Assembly: GCA_963700145.1 (NCBI GenBank)
Contig: OY969474.1
Span: forward strand, 4,128,001 to 4,192,000
Reading direction: 5' to 3'
Origin: an uncultured Acidobacteriota bacterium
GTDB taxonomy: Bacteria; Acidobacteriota; Thermoanaerobaculia; Multivoradales; UBA5704
DNA length: 64,000 bases
Shown here: piece by piece, positions 54,073 through 63,172 of the stretch
Layout: the number at the start of each line of letters is the position of its first letter
Numbering within the stretch: position 1 is the first letter of the stretch
Translations under genes and position numbers: made by a program
Notes under the pieces: model-generated
Told to the model about the DNA's origin: nothing
The model's database searches: none
The model's input: only the letters and a program-made list of their open reading frames with translations

Positions 54073-56304
54073 GCTGGGCTGCGCCAGCCGCTCGCGGGCG
54101 AAGCTCTCGCGCAGGCGGTTGGCGGTGGCCAGGGCGCCGCCGGCGAGGACGACGTAGAGGCCGTACCAGACCAGCTTGATGAGGGGCTTGCGGGTGACGT
54201 CGACGGCGAGGTGCGCCGGGTTGGCCAGGCCGGCCACCTCGATCTGCACCTTGCGGGTCGAGGCGTTGATGCCGGCGAGGAAGAGCTGGCCGCCCCCGGG
54301 CAGCGCCGCCGGCGGGGTCTCCACCCGGCCGCTCTTGGGGTCCATCTTGTAGAGGGGGCGGACGCGCTCGGTCTTGCCGTCCCGCGTCACCTCGAGCACC
54401 GCTCCCACCGTCACCGGCTGCATGGCCTGCATCGCGGCCAGCGCATTGCCCTCGACGTTCAAGTCGAAGTCGACGAAGCGCACGCCGATGCCCGCCACCC
54501 GCCCGCTCGCGCCGCGCTCGAGCTCCAGCCGCGGCTGGCCGGGATCGAACTCGATCGGCGAGATGTAGAGGTCCTGGAGCGCCAGACTGCGGATGTGCGG
54601 GTTCGCCATGATCTGCTTGGTGCGGTCGTTCACGAAGAGCCGCGGGTAGGCGAGGTAGCTCGAGCCGTCCTCGCGCACGACGCGGATCTCCATCTTCTCC
54701 TTGGTGTCCTCGGGGCTGCGCGGCACGAAGCGCTGGAAGGTGAGGGTCATGCCGTCCACCTGCTTCGGCACCCCCTGCTCGAGCGTCACCTTGGTGCTCC
54801 GGTCGTAGGCCGAGGAGGCGAGGAAGCCGAGCAGCATGATGCCGACCCCGACGTGCGCCAGGTATCCGCCCGCCGCCCGCATGCCGCCGCTGCGCGCCTT
54901 CATCACCACCTTCTGGAGGTTGGTGGCGAGCGCCAGGGCGGCGAGGAAGATGAAGAGGAAGTGCATGACGTCGCGCACCCCGGCCGCCGCGGCGCCGGCG
55001 GTGACCACCAGGCTCACCACCGAGGCCGGCAGGAGCTTGACCAGGAGCTCGCGGCCGGTCGTGCCGCGCCAGGGCAGGAACGGCACCAGCGACACCAGGA
55101 GGCCGATGAGCAGCGCCACCGGCAGCAGCACCTGGTTGTAGAACGACGGCCCCACCTGCCCGGGGTTCTTCATCACGCGGGTCAGTAGCGGCGCCGAGGT
55201 GCCGAAGGTGATGACCGCCGCCGCCACCAGCAGGGTGGTCGTCGAGAGCACCAGGAAGGTACCGCGCGAAAGGCCCGGGTCCTCGTTCTTCTCGGTCGGC
55301 ACCTTCGGCAAGCGCGTCGCCAGGAGGTACAGCGAGAGCAGCGCGAAGCCGCCCATCAACGCCACCAGCCAGCCGGAGATGCCGAGGTCCACGAAGCTGT
55401 GGACCGAGAAGTCGGCGAGGACGCCCGAGCGGGTCAGGAAGGTGCCGTAGAGGACCGAGAGGTAGACCAGCGTCGCCAGCAGGTAGTTGGCGCGGCGGAA
55501 GCGCTTGCGCGTGCGTTCCATGTAGAGGCCGTGGATCAGGGCGGTGCCGAAGACCCAGGGGATGAGCGAGGCGTTCTCGACCGGGTCCCAGCCCCAGAAG
55601 CCGCCCCAGCCGAGGGTCTTGTAGGCCCAGTAGCCGCCCATCAGGATGGCGCAGCCCAAGACCAGGAAGCCGCCCAGCGCCCAGGGGAAGGCGCGCGCCG
55701 CCCAGCCGTCGTAGTCGCGCCGCCAGAGGGCGGCCATGGCGAAGGCGAAGGGGATGGCGGAGGCGGCGTAGCCGACGAACATGATCGGCGGGTGGATGAC
55801 CATCCAGTCGTCCTGGAGCAGCGGGTTGAGCCCCGCGCCGTCGAGGGGGCTGTCGCGCAGCATGACGAAGGGGTTCTCGCGCACCAGGATGAAGAGCAGG
55901 CCGAGCAGCGTCAGGACGTAGAGCCCCATGACGCTCGCCTCGGCGCGGCCGGCGGTGCGGCGGAGGAGGAGCCCCAGGAGCGTCCCCCAGAGCAGCCAGA
56001 TCAGGAAGCTCCCCTTCTGGCCCGCCCAGAAGGCGGCGAACTGGTAGTGGATCGGCAGCTCGAGCCCCGAGTACTGCTGCACGTACTCGATGCGGAAGTC
56101 GCGGACGATGAGGAGGAGAGCCAGGAGCAGCGACGCCGTGCCGATCGAGGCGGCGAAGAAGCCGTAGGCGCGGCGGGCGAAGGGGAGGGAGGCCGCGTCG
56201 CCGCGCAGCACCAGCGAGTACCCCCAGATCGACGCCAGCCCGAAGAGCAGGGCGCACCAGAGGGCGAGGGCGCCGGGGAGGTAGAGCTGCGACAGCGTGC
56301 TCAT
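54058..56304 (-). CDS. ccmF: Cytochrome c biogenesis heme lyase CcmF
   Basis: FWAGQKGSFL, GLNPLLQ..IHPP, WGGFWGWDPVENASLIPW, SVHSF. Confidence 0.93.
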   Translation of the reverse strand: MSTLSQLYLPGALALWCALLFGLASIWGYSLVLRGDAASLPFARRAYGFFAASIGTASLLLALLLIVRDFRIEYVQQYSGLELPIHYQFAAFWAGQKGSFLIWLLWGTLLGLLLRRTAGRAEASVMGLYVLTLLGLLFILVRENPFVMLRDSPLDGAGLNPLLQDDWMVIHPPIMFVGYAASAIPFAFAMAALWRRDYDGWAARAFPWALGGFLVLGCAILMGGYWAYKTLGWGGFWGWDPVENASLIPWVFGTALIHGLYMERTRKRFRRANYLLATLVYLSVLYGTFLTRSGVLADFSVHSFVDLGISGWLVALMGGFALLSLYLLATRLPKVPTEKNEDPGLSRGTFLVLSTTTLLVAAAVITFGTSAPLLTRVMKNPGQVGPSFYNQVLLPVALLIGLLVSLVPFLPWRGTTGRELLVKLLPASVVSLVVTAGAAAAGVRDVMHFLFIFLAALALATNLQKVVMKARSGGMRAAGGYLAHVGVGIMLLGFLASSAYDRSTKVTLEQGVPKQVDGMTLTFQRFVPRSPEDTKEKMEIRVVREDGSSYLAYPRLFVNDRTKQIMANPHIRSLALQDLYISPIEFDPGQPRLELERGASGRVAGIGVRFVDFDLNVEGNALAAMQAMQPVTVGAVLEVTRDGKTERVRPLYKMDPKSGRVETPPAALPGGGQLFLAGINASTRKVQIEVAGLANPAHLAVDVTRKPLIKLVWYGLYVVLAGGALATANRLRESFARERLAQPSTPGT

Positions 56305-56699
56305 CAGGAGTAGGTCTTGACCTCGGCCCCCTGGTACTTGCTCGGGCACTTGACCAGCAGCTGGTTGGCCGCGAACTCCGCGGTCGCCTTGTCGTAGTGC
56401 CCGATCGCCACGATCGAGATCGCGTCCTCGAAGTTGGCCGGCTTGAGCCCGTCGTAGCGCACCGGGATCGTCGCCTTGGTCTCCGGCTCGACGAGGGTGA
56501 AGTGGAGGGTGCCGGCCGCATCGTCGTAGCGGCTGCTCGCCTTCTCGAGGCCGCCGGCGACCTGCACCAGCCGGGTCGCCTCGCGCGCCTCGGCGAAGGG
56601 GACGTAGGGCGTGACGCTCTTGGTGAAGGAGGAGAGCGAGAAGGCGGCGAAGCCCAGGAGCAGCACGCCGCCCACCATGTAGAGGCCTTTGCGGTTCAT
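56304..56699 (-). CDS. ccmE: Heme chaperone CcmE (CxxxY type)
   Basis: N-terminal TM; KPANF; LLVKCPSKY. Confidence 0.9.
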   Translation of the reverse strand: MNRKGLYMVGGVLLLGFAAFSLSSFTKSVTPYVPFAEAREATRLVQVAGGLEKASSRYDDAAGTLHFTLVEPETKATIPVRYDGLKPANFEDAISIVAIGHYDKATAEFAANQLLVKCPSKYQGAEVKTYS

Positions 56700-56812
56700 C
56701 GGTTTTTCTCCAGCTCGCGCAGCTTGCGGTCCAGGCGGAGCACCACCAGGAAGAGGCCGGTCCAGATCACCAGGTTGACCGCCACCACCCAGCCGATGCC
56801 GCCGCTCGCCAT
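56696..56812 (-). CDS. ccmD: CcmD family protein (38 aa, absent from the ORF track)
   Basis: MASGGIGWVVAVNLVIWTGLFLVVLRLDRKLRELEKNR between ccmC and ccmE. Confidence 0.82.
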   Translation of the reverse strand: MASGGIGWVVAVNLVIWTGLFLVVLRLDRKLRELEKNR

Positions 56813-56822
56813 TCTCTCCCCT

Positions 56823-57488
56823 TCAGGCTTCCAGCCGCTTGTCGGCGAGCGCGCCGAGGCGGCAGCGCAGGCCGTGGAGCCAGAAGAAGAGGGCGTTGAA
56901 CCCCACCCAAGAGGCCAACAAGACCTGCAGCATGCGCGATTCCATGTCTATGGTGCCGCGGGTGTTGACGATCGAGTCGGGGTGGAGCGAGAAGGTGATG
57001 CGCGGCACCACCCAGAAGAAGAAGGGGGCGACGACCAGGCCGAGGAGGGCGTAGACGGCGCCCAGGCGCGCCCGCTTCTCCCGGTCCTCGACCGCCCCGC
57101 GCAGCGCCAGGTAGGCGCCGTAGAAGATCAGCACCAGGACGATCGAGACCTGCCGCGGGTCCCAGTTCCAGAAGGCCCCCCACATGGTGCGCGCCCACAT
57201 CGCCCCGGTGACCGTGGCGAGGACGCAGAAGACGAACCCCAGCTCCACGGCCGCCGCCGCCGCCCGGTCGTGCCGCGGCTCGCGGCGTGCCAGGTAGAGC
57301 CCGCTCCACACCGCCGCCGCCAGGAAGGCGACGAAGGCGGTCCAGGCCATCGGCACGTGGAAGAAGAGGATGCGGCTCGACTGGCCGAGGAAGCCCTCGG
57401 CGAGCGGCGCGTAGAAGAAGGCGCCGGCGAGCACCAGGCACATCCACGCCCAGAGCAGCAGCTTGAGGGCCGGGGCGAGGGATTTCAC
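56823..57488 (-). CDS. ccmC: Heme exporter CcmC
   Basis: FFHVPMAW, TGAMWARTMWGAFWNWDPR, LHP. Confidence 0.93.
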   Translation of the reverse strand: MKSLAPALKLLLWAWMCLVLAGAFFYAPLAEGFLGQSSRILFFHVPMAWTAFVAFLAAAVWSGLYLARREPRHDRAAAAAVELGFVFCVLATVTGAMWARTMWGAFWNWDPRQVSIVLVLIFYGAYLALRGAVEDREKRARLGAVYALLGLVVAPFFFWVVPRITFSLHPDSIVNTRGTIDMESRMLQVLLASWVGFNALFFWLHGLRCRLGALADKRLEA

Positions 57489-58180
57489 GGGTTCCAGACC
57501 ACGGGGAACAGCATCAGCGATGCCACGGTGACAGTCGCATCATACAGGAGCAGTTGGGTCAGCGCCCCGCCGGCGGGCTCGCCGGCGACCGCGTTGCGCG
57601 TCAGCTCGACGACCAGCAGCAGCAGCGGCAGGGTCACCGGGAAGGCGAGTACCGCGAAGAGGGCCGAGCGGCCGCGCGCCTGGGCGATCATCGCCGCGAT
57701 CAGCGTGCTGGCGGCGGCCAGGCCGTAGCCCCCGGCCAGGAGCGTCGCGGCGAAGAGCCCGGGAGCGGCCACCTCGAGCTGCACCATGGCGAGGAAGAGC
57801 GGCGCCACCAGCGCCTCCAGGGCCAGCATCAGGCTGGCGCCGTAGAGGAGCTTGCCGCAGAAGAGGGCCGAGGGGGTGGCGGCGAGGCGCAGGGCGGTCG
57901 CGGTGTGCGTCTCCTCCTCCTGGACGAAGCCGCGCGGCAGCCCGGCGGCGGCGGCGAAGAGGAGGATCAGCCAGAGCAGGACGGGAAGGACCGGCGTGCC
58001 CTCGGCCGCCGAGGTCCCCAGCGGCCCCAGGCCGGCGCTCACCACGACCAGCGTCGTGACCGCGAAGAGGGCGAGGGTGTTGAGGGCGTAGCGGGTGCGC
58101 AGCTCGCACCGCCACTCCTTGGCGAAGACCGCGGCCGCCTCGGCCAGCCAATCAGCCGAGCGCGAGGCTGGGGGCGGCAC
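57485..58180 (-). CDS. ccmB: Heme exporter CcmB
   Basis: VFAKEWRCELRTR, FVQEEE, LFCGKL, FPVTLPLL. Confidence 0.9.
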   Translation of the reverse strand: MPPPASRSADWLAEAAAVFAKEWRCELRTRYALNTLALFAVTTLVVVSAGLGPLGTSAAEGTPVLPVLLWLILLFAAAAGLPRGFVQEEETHTATALRLAATPSALFCGKLLYGASLMLALEALVAPLFLAMVQLEVAAPGLFAATLLAGGYGLAAASTLIAAMIAQARGRSALFAVLAFPVTLPLLLLVVELTRNAVAGEPAGGALTQLLLYDATVTVASLMLFPVVWNP

Positions 58181-58763
58181 GGCCGAGCTCCAGGAGGGAG
58201 GGGTTGGCGACCACCGCCAAGCCGCCGGCGGCCAGGTGCTCGGCGAGGAGGGCACGCGCCGCCGCCTCGCCGCCGGCGTCGAGGTTCTGGAACGGCTCGT
58301 CGAGGAGCAGCAGGCGCGGGCGGTGGAGGAGGGCCCAGACCCAGCGCAGCCGCTGGCGCATGCCCGAGGAGAGGGCGCCCGCCTGGCGCTCGGCCGGGAG
58401 GCCCAGGCGGTCGAGGAGGTCGTGCCCGCGCTCCGGCGGCGCGCCCCGGAGGCGGGAGAAGAAGGCCAGGTTCTCGCCCGCCGTCAGCTCCTCGTAGAAG
58501 GCGAGGTCCGGGGCGACGTACCCGACGCTCCGCCGCCGGCCGGCAGGGTCAAGGAGGCGGCCGTCCTCGGTCAGCTCCACCGTCCCGGCGTCCGGGGCGA
58601 GGAGGCCGGCGAGACAGCGCAGCAACGTGCTCTTTCCGGAGCCATTGGGGCCGGTGACAAGCAGCGCCTCCCCCTCCGCCACCGCCCCCGAAACCCCCTC
58701 CAGCACCGCCAGCCGCCCGAACCTCCGGCGGAGACCGGTGAAGCGGAGGGCCGTGGCGGGCAT
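58152..58763 (-). CDS. ccmA: Heme exporter ATP-binding protein CcmA
   Basis: GPNGSGKST, LSSGMRQR, LLLDEP; first gene of the ccm cluster. Confidence 0.88.
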   Translation of the reverse strand: MPATALRFTGLRRRFGRLAVLEGVSGAVAEGEALLVTGPNGSGKSTLLRCLAGLLAPDAGTVELTEDGRLLDPAGRRRSVGYVAPDLAFYEELTAGENLAFFSRLRGAPPERGHDLLDRLGLPAERQAGALSSGMRQRLRWVWALLHRPRLLLLDEPFQNLDAGGEAAARALLAEHLAAGGLAVVANPSLLELGRAAPSLALG

Positions 58764-58826
58764 GGGAGGAGTCTAGCGGAGGCCGCCGACCGGACGCGCC
58801 TGGCTGCCAGCCCCAAGCGCCCCAAC

Positions 58827-58854
58827 TGTCATCCCGAGCGCAGCCGAGGGATCT
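58827..58854 (+). repeat. GTCATCCCGAGCG..GGGATCT-type dispersed palindromic repeat
   Basis: TGTCATCCCGAGCGCAGCCGAGGGATCT resembles a widespread REP-like motif; single copy in this window. Confidence 0.5.
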
Positions 58855-58895
58855 GGGCGGGGGCGCCCGGGATCAGGGCAGACGCCGGGAGCGAG

Positions 58896-59614
58896 CCGCC
58901 GTCCGAAAATCTCCCACCGCCGTCCGAAAATGGACCGCCGCAGCGCCCGCGGTCGTCGCCGCCGGCCCCGCGGTGCCCGCCGCCGTCCGAAAGGTGCGCG
59001 CCGCGGTCCGAAAGGTAAGCGCCGCCGTCCGAAAGGAGTCGACCGCAGCGCCCGCGGTCATTTCCCTCGGCCTCGCGGCGCTCGCCGCCGTCCGAAAAGA
59101 ACGCACCGCGGTCCGAAAAGAATCCATCGCGGTCCGAAAGGAGACCACCGTGGTCCGAAAGTAGACCACCGCGGCGCCCGCGGTCGTCGCCGCCAGTCCT
59201 CCGGAGCTCACCGCCGTCCGAAAGGTTCGCGTCCACCGCAGCGCCTGCGGTCGCTTCCATCGGCCTCGCGGCACTCGCCGCCGTCCGAAAAGATCACGCC
59301 GCGGTCCGAAAAGCATCCACTGCGGTCCGAAAAGAGACCACCGCCGTCCGAAAATAGTCCACCGCAGCGCCTGCAGCGGTCACCGCCGGTCCTTCAGCGC
59401 TCGCCGCCGTCCGAAAAGCTCCCATTTCGGTCCGAAAAGCGGTCAAAACGGTCCGAAAGTGTGCCTCCGCGGCACCCGCGGCGGTCGCCGAGAAGCCCTC
59501 AGGCGCCCGCCGCCGTCCGAAGATCGCCCTTTTCCGTCCTAAAGTCGCACCCTTTCGTCCGAAAGTAGGCCACCGCCGCGCCCGCGGCGTCCACCGCCGC
59601 CGGCCGGAAGCTCA
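58896..59614. repeat. 21-bp tandem array C (~34 units) with GTCCGAAA core and higher-order structure
   Basis: 18 exact GTCCGAAA cores (plus 2 variants) in 21-bp phase; runs of core units separated by pairs of GC-rich non-core units. Confidence 0.92.
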
Positions 59615-59760
59615 GACCGCCCGGATCACCAGCCTCCCCGCCCGCACCTCCACCTCGTACGCCTGCCCGAGGCCAAAACCCCGCCGCCCCCCAGCCACTG
59701 CCGACAGCCGCAGGTCCGGCACCCGCTCGCTCCCGGTCCAGCGCCCGCAGACCGTCCCGA
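59612..59760 (-). pseudogene. symE: SymE-family type I toxin (compensating frameshifts; start unclear)
   Basis: RVPDLRLS..(QWL in the adjacent frame)..GFGLGQAYEVEVRAGRLVIRAV matches the SymE P.L.L.G.WL..AGF..G..V.V....L.I pattern. Confidence 0.7.
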
Positions 59761-60118
59761 CCGCCGCCCCGCCGCCCGCGCAGCCTCCCTGCGCTCGGGA
59801 GCCCCCCGCCCCGCCGCCTCGCATTCGCCCGTCCGCCCGCCGAGTATCGCTCGAACCGCCCGACGCATTGCCGACACACCCTCGCCGCGCTAAGCCCCCT
59901 TCCTGGTAAGCTGAGGTTAGCTGCTTAAGAGCAAGAAGTTGGGTCGCACCCGGCTGCGTTGCCGCCAAGGATAGGCGGCAGTCCGCTGCCGGCTATGCGG
60001 CGAAACTCGGACTTCGGCGAGTCGTCGAAGCAGAGGTTGGGCGCTGTCCAGTAGAGCACGAGACAGGTTGTCAGAACCACCAGTTCCAACGGCTGGAGGA
60101 TCGAAGGGAGGAGTTGTC

Positions 60119-60769
60119 ATGGGTTCAGGCTTGCCTTACTCATATCTTCACCTTCAATTGTTTCTCTCAGTGGTTGCGACGACTACCTTCTTCGCCATGT
60201 GGTGGGCTCATCGCCGTCGCGGGGAGGCAAGAATTCCCGGCCACGTCGGACCTTTCCACATCCTGGCGATCCTTGTCGTTTGGCTTTTCATGCATATCTA
60301 TGTAATTCTGATCTATCATATACCGGCACTCATACTATTGTACATACCGTGGGCCATTGCATCGGCGACACCATTGAAACCCGATGTCGCTCAATCGGAA
60401 GCGATTTCGGAAGTCGCGGCGCTGCTGTCGATTGGCGCGAATTTCGCGGACGTCGCAAGCACTTACAGTCATCGTGGGTTCTGGGGTCACATCGGCCAGT
60501 TCAGCCTAATCGTGGCCCCAATCTATTACGGCATGGTCGCAATCGTGTGGGGGCTGACTCGTCTCTTTGCCAAACTTGGTTGGAGCCCTGACTATCCTGC
60601 TGCCAGCGCTTTGAGGCTGTTGGTGCCAACCGTACGCGCATCGAACGCATGGCTCGACGCTCTTCTAATCGCCGTGCTTCTGTCGGCAATCGGAGCGGGA
60701 TCTTATGCGCTCCGAACTCGTCGTGAAAAACGAGGTGGCTTCCTCATGGATACAGAGGCTGGGTTATGA
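60119..60769 (+). CDS. Cassette 1: hypothetical multi-pass membrane protein
   Basis: GGAGGAG RBS before ATG 60119; about 5 hydrophobic segments. Confidence 0.7.
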   Translation: MGSGLPYSYLHLQLFLSVVATTTFFAMWWAHRRRGEARIPGHVGPFHILAILVVWLFMHIYVILIYHIPALILLYIPWAIASATPLKPDVAQSEAISEVAALLSIGANFADVASTYSHRGFWGHIGQFSLIVAPIYYGMVAIVWGLTRLFAKLGWSPDYPAASALRLLVPTVRASNAWLDALLIAVLLSAIGAGSYALRTRREKRGGFLMDTEAGL

Positions 60770-60839
60770 TATTAATTCAGTTGTGGGGGCGGAGTGGGTT
60801 CAGCCAAAGACGGAACCCAAAGTGACAAGGGCAGGCAGC

Positions 60840-60965
60840 GCCCAACCCTGTCGCTCCAGCGGACGCCTGACGCCGTTTTAGGCTAGAATGGTATGCGGCC
60901 GGTATCACTTCGAGAAACTTCGGGCGGCCTACCACCGGCGCACGCTGAGCTCCCAAACGTTGGGC
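60840..60965 (+). other. attC site 1
   Basis: R'' GCCCAAC, L'' CTCCAGC, L' GCTGAG (one extrahelical base), R' GTTGGGC. Confidence 0.9.
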
Positions 60966-60987
60966 GACCACTATAGGAGAGGTGACG

Positions 60988-61167
60988 ATGGCCCTTCAAA
61001 AACCAGGAGAGGACCCCCATAAGCCCGGAGAGTATAGGGAGGTGAGCCGTGAAGGCAGCAAGGTCCTGGGCGGACGGACAGTCACGATGGAGCGCGGCGA
61101 CAAACCCCTGCCGCCGACCCAGAAGAAGTACCGGAAGTGGAAGTGGGTTGGACCTCCGCGTGCTTGA
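60988..61167 (+). CDS. Cassette 2: YjzC-family small protein
   Basis: KPGE..KPGEYREV..G..V..RTVTMERGD..LPPTQ..KWK; AGGAGAGG RBS. Confidence 0.7.
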   Translation: MALQKPGEDPHKPGEYREVSREGSKVLGGRTVTMERGDKPLPPTQKKYRKWKWVGPPRA

Positions 61168-61198
61168 GGGCTTCGGCTACGGCTAAGGAGGAGGCTTA

Positions 61199-61361
61199 AT
61201 GGCAAAGGCTAAGCACAGGGCACCATCCGTGCTGGGCACCTACCGCATCGGTATTCTTTTCGGAATCGTCCTGGCGACAGGCCCTCGTGCTCGGCGAAGC
61301 TGGCTTGCTTCTTCTTGGACTCGCTGGCTCGATGGTTCTGATTAAGAGGCACTATCCGTGA
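61199..61361 (+). pseudogene. Cassette 2: small membrane protein split by a frameshift
   Basis: TAAGGAGGAGG RBS; hydrophobic IGILFGIVLA continues in another frame as ALVLGEAGLLLLGLAGSMVLIKRHYP*. Confidence 0.45.
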
Positions 61362-61379
61362 GCAGAGTTAGGTTGGAAC

Positions 61380-61440
61380 GCTCAACCCTGCGGCTGCACC
61401 GGACGGCTGGCGCCGCCGGTGAACCTCAGGAGCGCTGGCC
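61380..61440 (+). other. attC site 2 (R' mutated to GCTGGCC)
   Basis: R'' GCTCAAC; stem CACCGGACGGC/GCCGCCGGTG; R' GCTGGCC. Confidence 0.75.
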
Positions 61441-61456
61441 GACAAGTAGCGATGCG

Positions 61457-62092
61457 ATGACCGTTGATCTGAACCGGCCTCCCATAACCAGGAAGTCTGG
61501 CCGTGAACGCTTCAGGGCTGGGGCACGAGAACTGGACTTCGACCTGCTGAGCTTCTGGCGGTGGAGCGCTTCCGATCTCCTGAGCAACGCGACACGGGGA
61601 ATCGTGGCCGAATACCTCGTAGCCCGTGCTCTCGATGCAGACCCTGAAGGCGTTCGGGAGGGATGGGCAGCATACGACCTCAGGACAAAGGATGGCGTGA
61701 AAGTCGAGGTCAAGTCCGCTGCCTACCTCCAGAGTTGGCATCAAGAGAACTTTTCCCGGATTTCCTTCGTCGTGCCGAAGACAAGGGTATGGGATCCCTT
61801 GACAAATCGTTTGGAAGAGCGCCCGGCACGGCAAGCAGATGTCTACGTGTTTGCACTGTTGGCTCACCAAGACAAAAAAACTGTCCAGCCCTTAGACGTC
61901 AGTCAGTGGATTTTCTACGTCCTTCCAACCTCGATGCTAGACGGGAGGACACGAAGCCAACACTCGATCACTTTGCCAACGCTCTGCAAGATTTGTGAAC
62001 ATCCCATTGGTTACCAGGACCTAAGGGCAGCGGTGGCAGAAGTAGCGAAGCGCAAGGCAGAGTCGGCCAACCTCGCCGCTCAGCGGCAATAA
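61457..62092 (+). CDS. Cassette 3: putative PD-(D/E)XK restriction-endonuclease-fold protein
   Basis: RGIVAEYLV ... YDL ... VEVKS ... ADVYVFAL; ATG 61457 just after the attC. Confidence 0.65.
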   Translation: MTVDLNRPPITRKSGRERFRAGARELDFDLLSFWRWSASDLLSNATRGIVAEYLVARALDADPEGVREGWAAYDLRTKDGVKVEVKSAAYLQSWHQENFSRISFVVPKTRVWDPLTNRLEERPARQADVYVFALLAHQDKKTVQPLDVSQWIFYVLPTSMLDGRTRSQHSITLPTLCKICEHPIGYQDLRAAVAEVAKRKAESANLAAQRQ

Positions 62093-62100
62093 CGTTCGGC
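62065..62100 (+). other. attC site 3 (internally deleted)
   Basis: R'' GGCCAAC only 22 nt from R' GTTCGGC. Confidence 0.6.
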
Positions 62101-62113
62101 GTCGAGGAAACGG

Positions 62114-62761
62114 GTGACATCCGAGGTGGGACCGTTGTCCGATCAACGAGTGGCCTTTGACTTCTCCCTCCTCCCGGCAATGAAATCGGTAGGCATCCTC
62201 TCGAGGCTTGATCCAGAAATCGAGGCCCGGTTCGATGAGATCCGTGTACTCAGCGAGACTCGGAACAGGGCTCGGGGTGCGCTAATGCTGTTCTGCGACG
62301 CTCACGGACGCGAGGATGCATGGAGAGACGAAGCGTATATAAGAGGGGGTCTTAACGAGTTCTACTCGATAGGTGATGCTGTAGCGCGCGAGCACAGGAC
62401 TGCACGCTTTGCGGGCAGGGCGAGGAAACCCAAGGATTCAAGAAATCCTCTGATTCATCTCATGTTACTCCTGCGGCACGTGAATGTTCACACGCAGACG
62501 TGCTCGGTAGCTCGTCACCAAACGACTGTCATGTCCCATCTTGGCGAGCCGCACGAGTACACCTACACCGCAGCGGTCATCAGTAATCTGAGCGTCGATC
62601 AACTGCTAGGACGACGAAGAGAGGCGGCGCGGAGCTATGAGAGGGCCGACCTCGAACGTGTTGTGGCGTGGTTTGTAGAGAAACAGAAGGTGTTCGGAGT
62701 TCACGAGGTATTTATAGAAGGTACCGAGTTGTACTGTCACGAGTTGTTGAGGAACTATTAG
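62114..62761 (+). CDS. Cassette 4: helical hypothetical protein with Rx4H (HEPN-like) motif
   Basis: LLLRHVNVH; start uncertain (GTG 62114 or ATG 62180). Confidence 0.55.
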   Translation: MTSEVGPLSDQRVAFDFSLLPAMKSVGILSRLDPEIEARFDEIRVLSETRNRARGALMLFCDAHGREDAWRDEAYIRGGLNEFYSIGDAVAREHRTARFAGRARKPKDSRNPLIHLMLLLRHVNVHTQTCSVARHQTTVMSHLGEPHEYTYTAAVISNLSVDQLLGRRREAARSYERADLERVVAWFVEKQKVFGVHEVFIEGTELYCHELLRNY

Positions 62762-62797
62762 GGACCACGAGCGGTGCCGCATATGCGCTGTAATGCC

Positions 62798-62858
62798 GCC
62801 GAACCCCGGCCTCTGCGCGGATGCCTGACTGCGCCGCTGAGGGGCAAACAAGTGTGCG
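62798..62858 (+). other. attC site 4 (degenerate R')
   Basis: R'' GCCGAAC, CTCTGCGCGG..CCGCTGAG, R' decayed. Confidence 0.55.
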
Positions 62859-62891
62859 CGAGTACTATGGCTTCAGTGAGGAGGGCAGGGC

Positions 62892-63172
62892 ATGGAGATC
62901 GTTATAGCCGTTATCGGAGGCCTTATTCTCTTCGCCGTAATTTCTGCCCTCGTCAGGGCACCGGGGAATCTCCTCCAGCGAAAATTTGGCAGTCTCGGTC
63001 AGCTCCCTGGCAAACCAAAGAAGAGATCATCGCTGTAGTTGGGCCTCCGAACAGCGTATCGGCAGCGGAGGACGGTAAAACCCTACTTCAGTGGATGGCC
63101 CCAGGTTATCATGTTGCTCTCCTATTTGAGGGGGAAGCCTGCCTGGGAATCACTCACGAGTTTAGCGGGTAG
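62892..63172 (+). pseudogene. Cassette 5: small membrane-anchored protein with a 1-nt frameshift
   Basis: MEIVIAVIGGLILFAVISALVRAPGNLLQRKFGSLGQLPGK joins TKEEIIAVVGPPNSVS if one A is added at 63012-63014. Confidence 0.65.

Noticed and set aside
58829-59568. Protein-coding genes within array C
   Set aside because: Several frames on both strands are open only because of the repeat; phase breaks shift the frames and no clear RBS or start was found.
58896-59614. CRISPR array
   Set aside because: The constant part is ~13 nt and the variable part ~8 nt, far below CRISPR sizes; no cas genes in the window.
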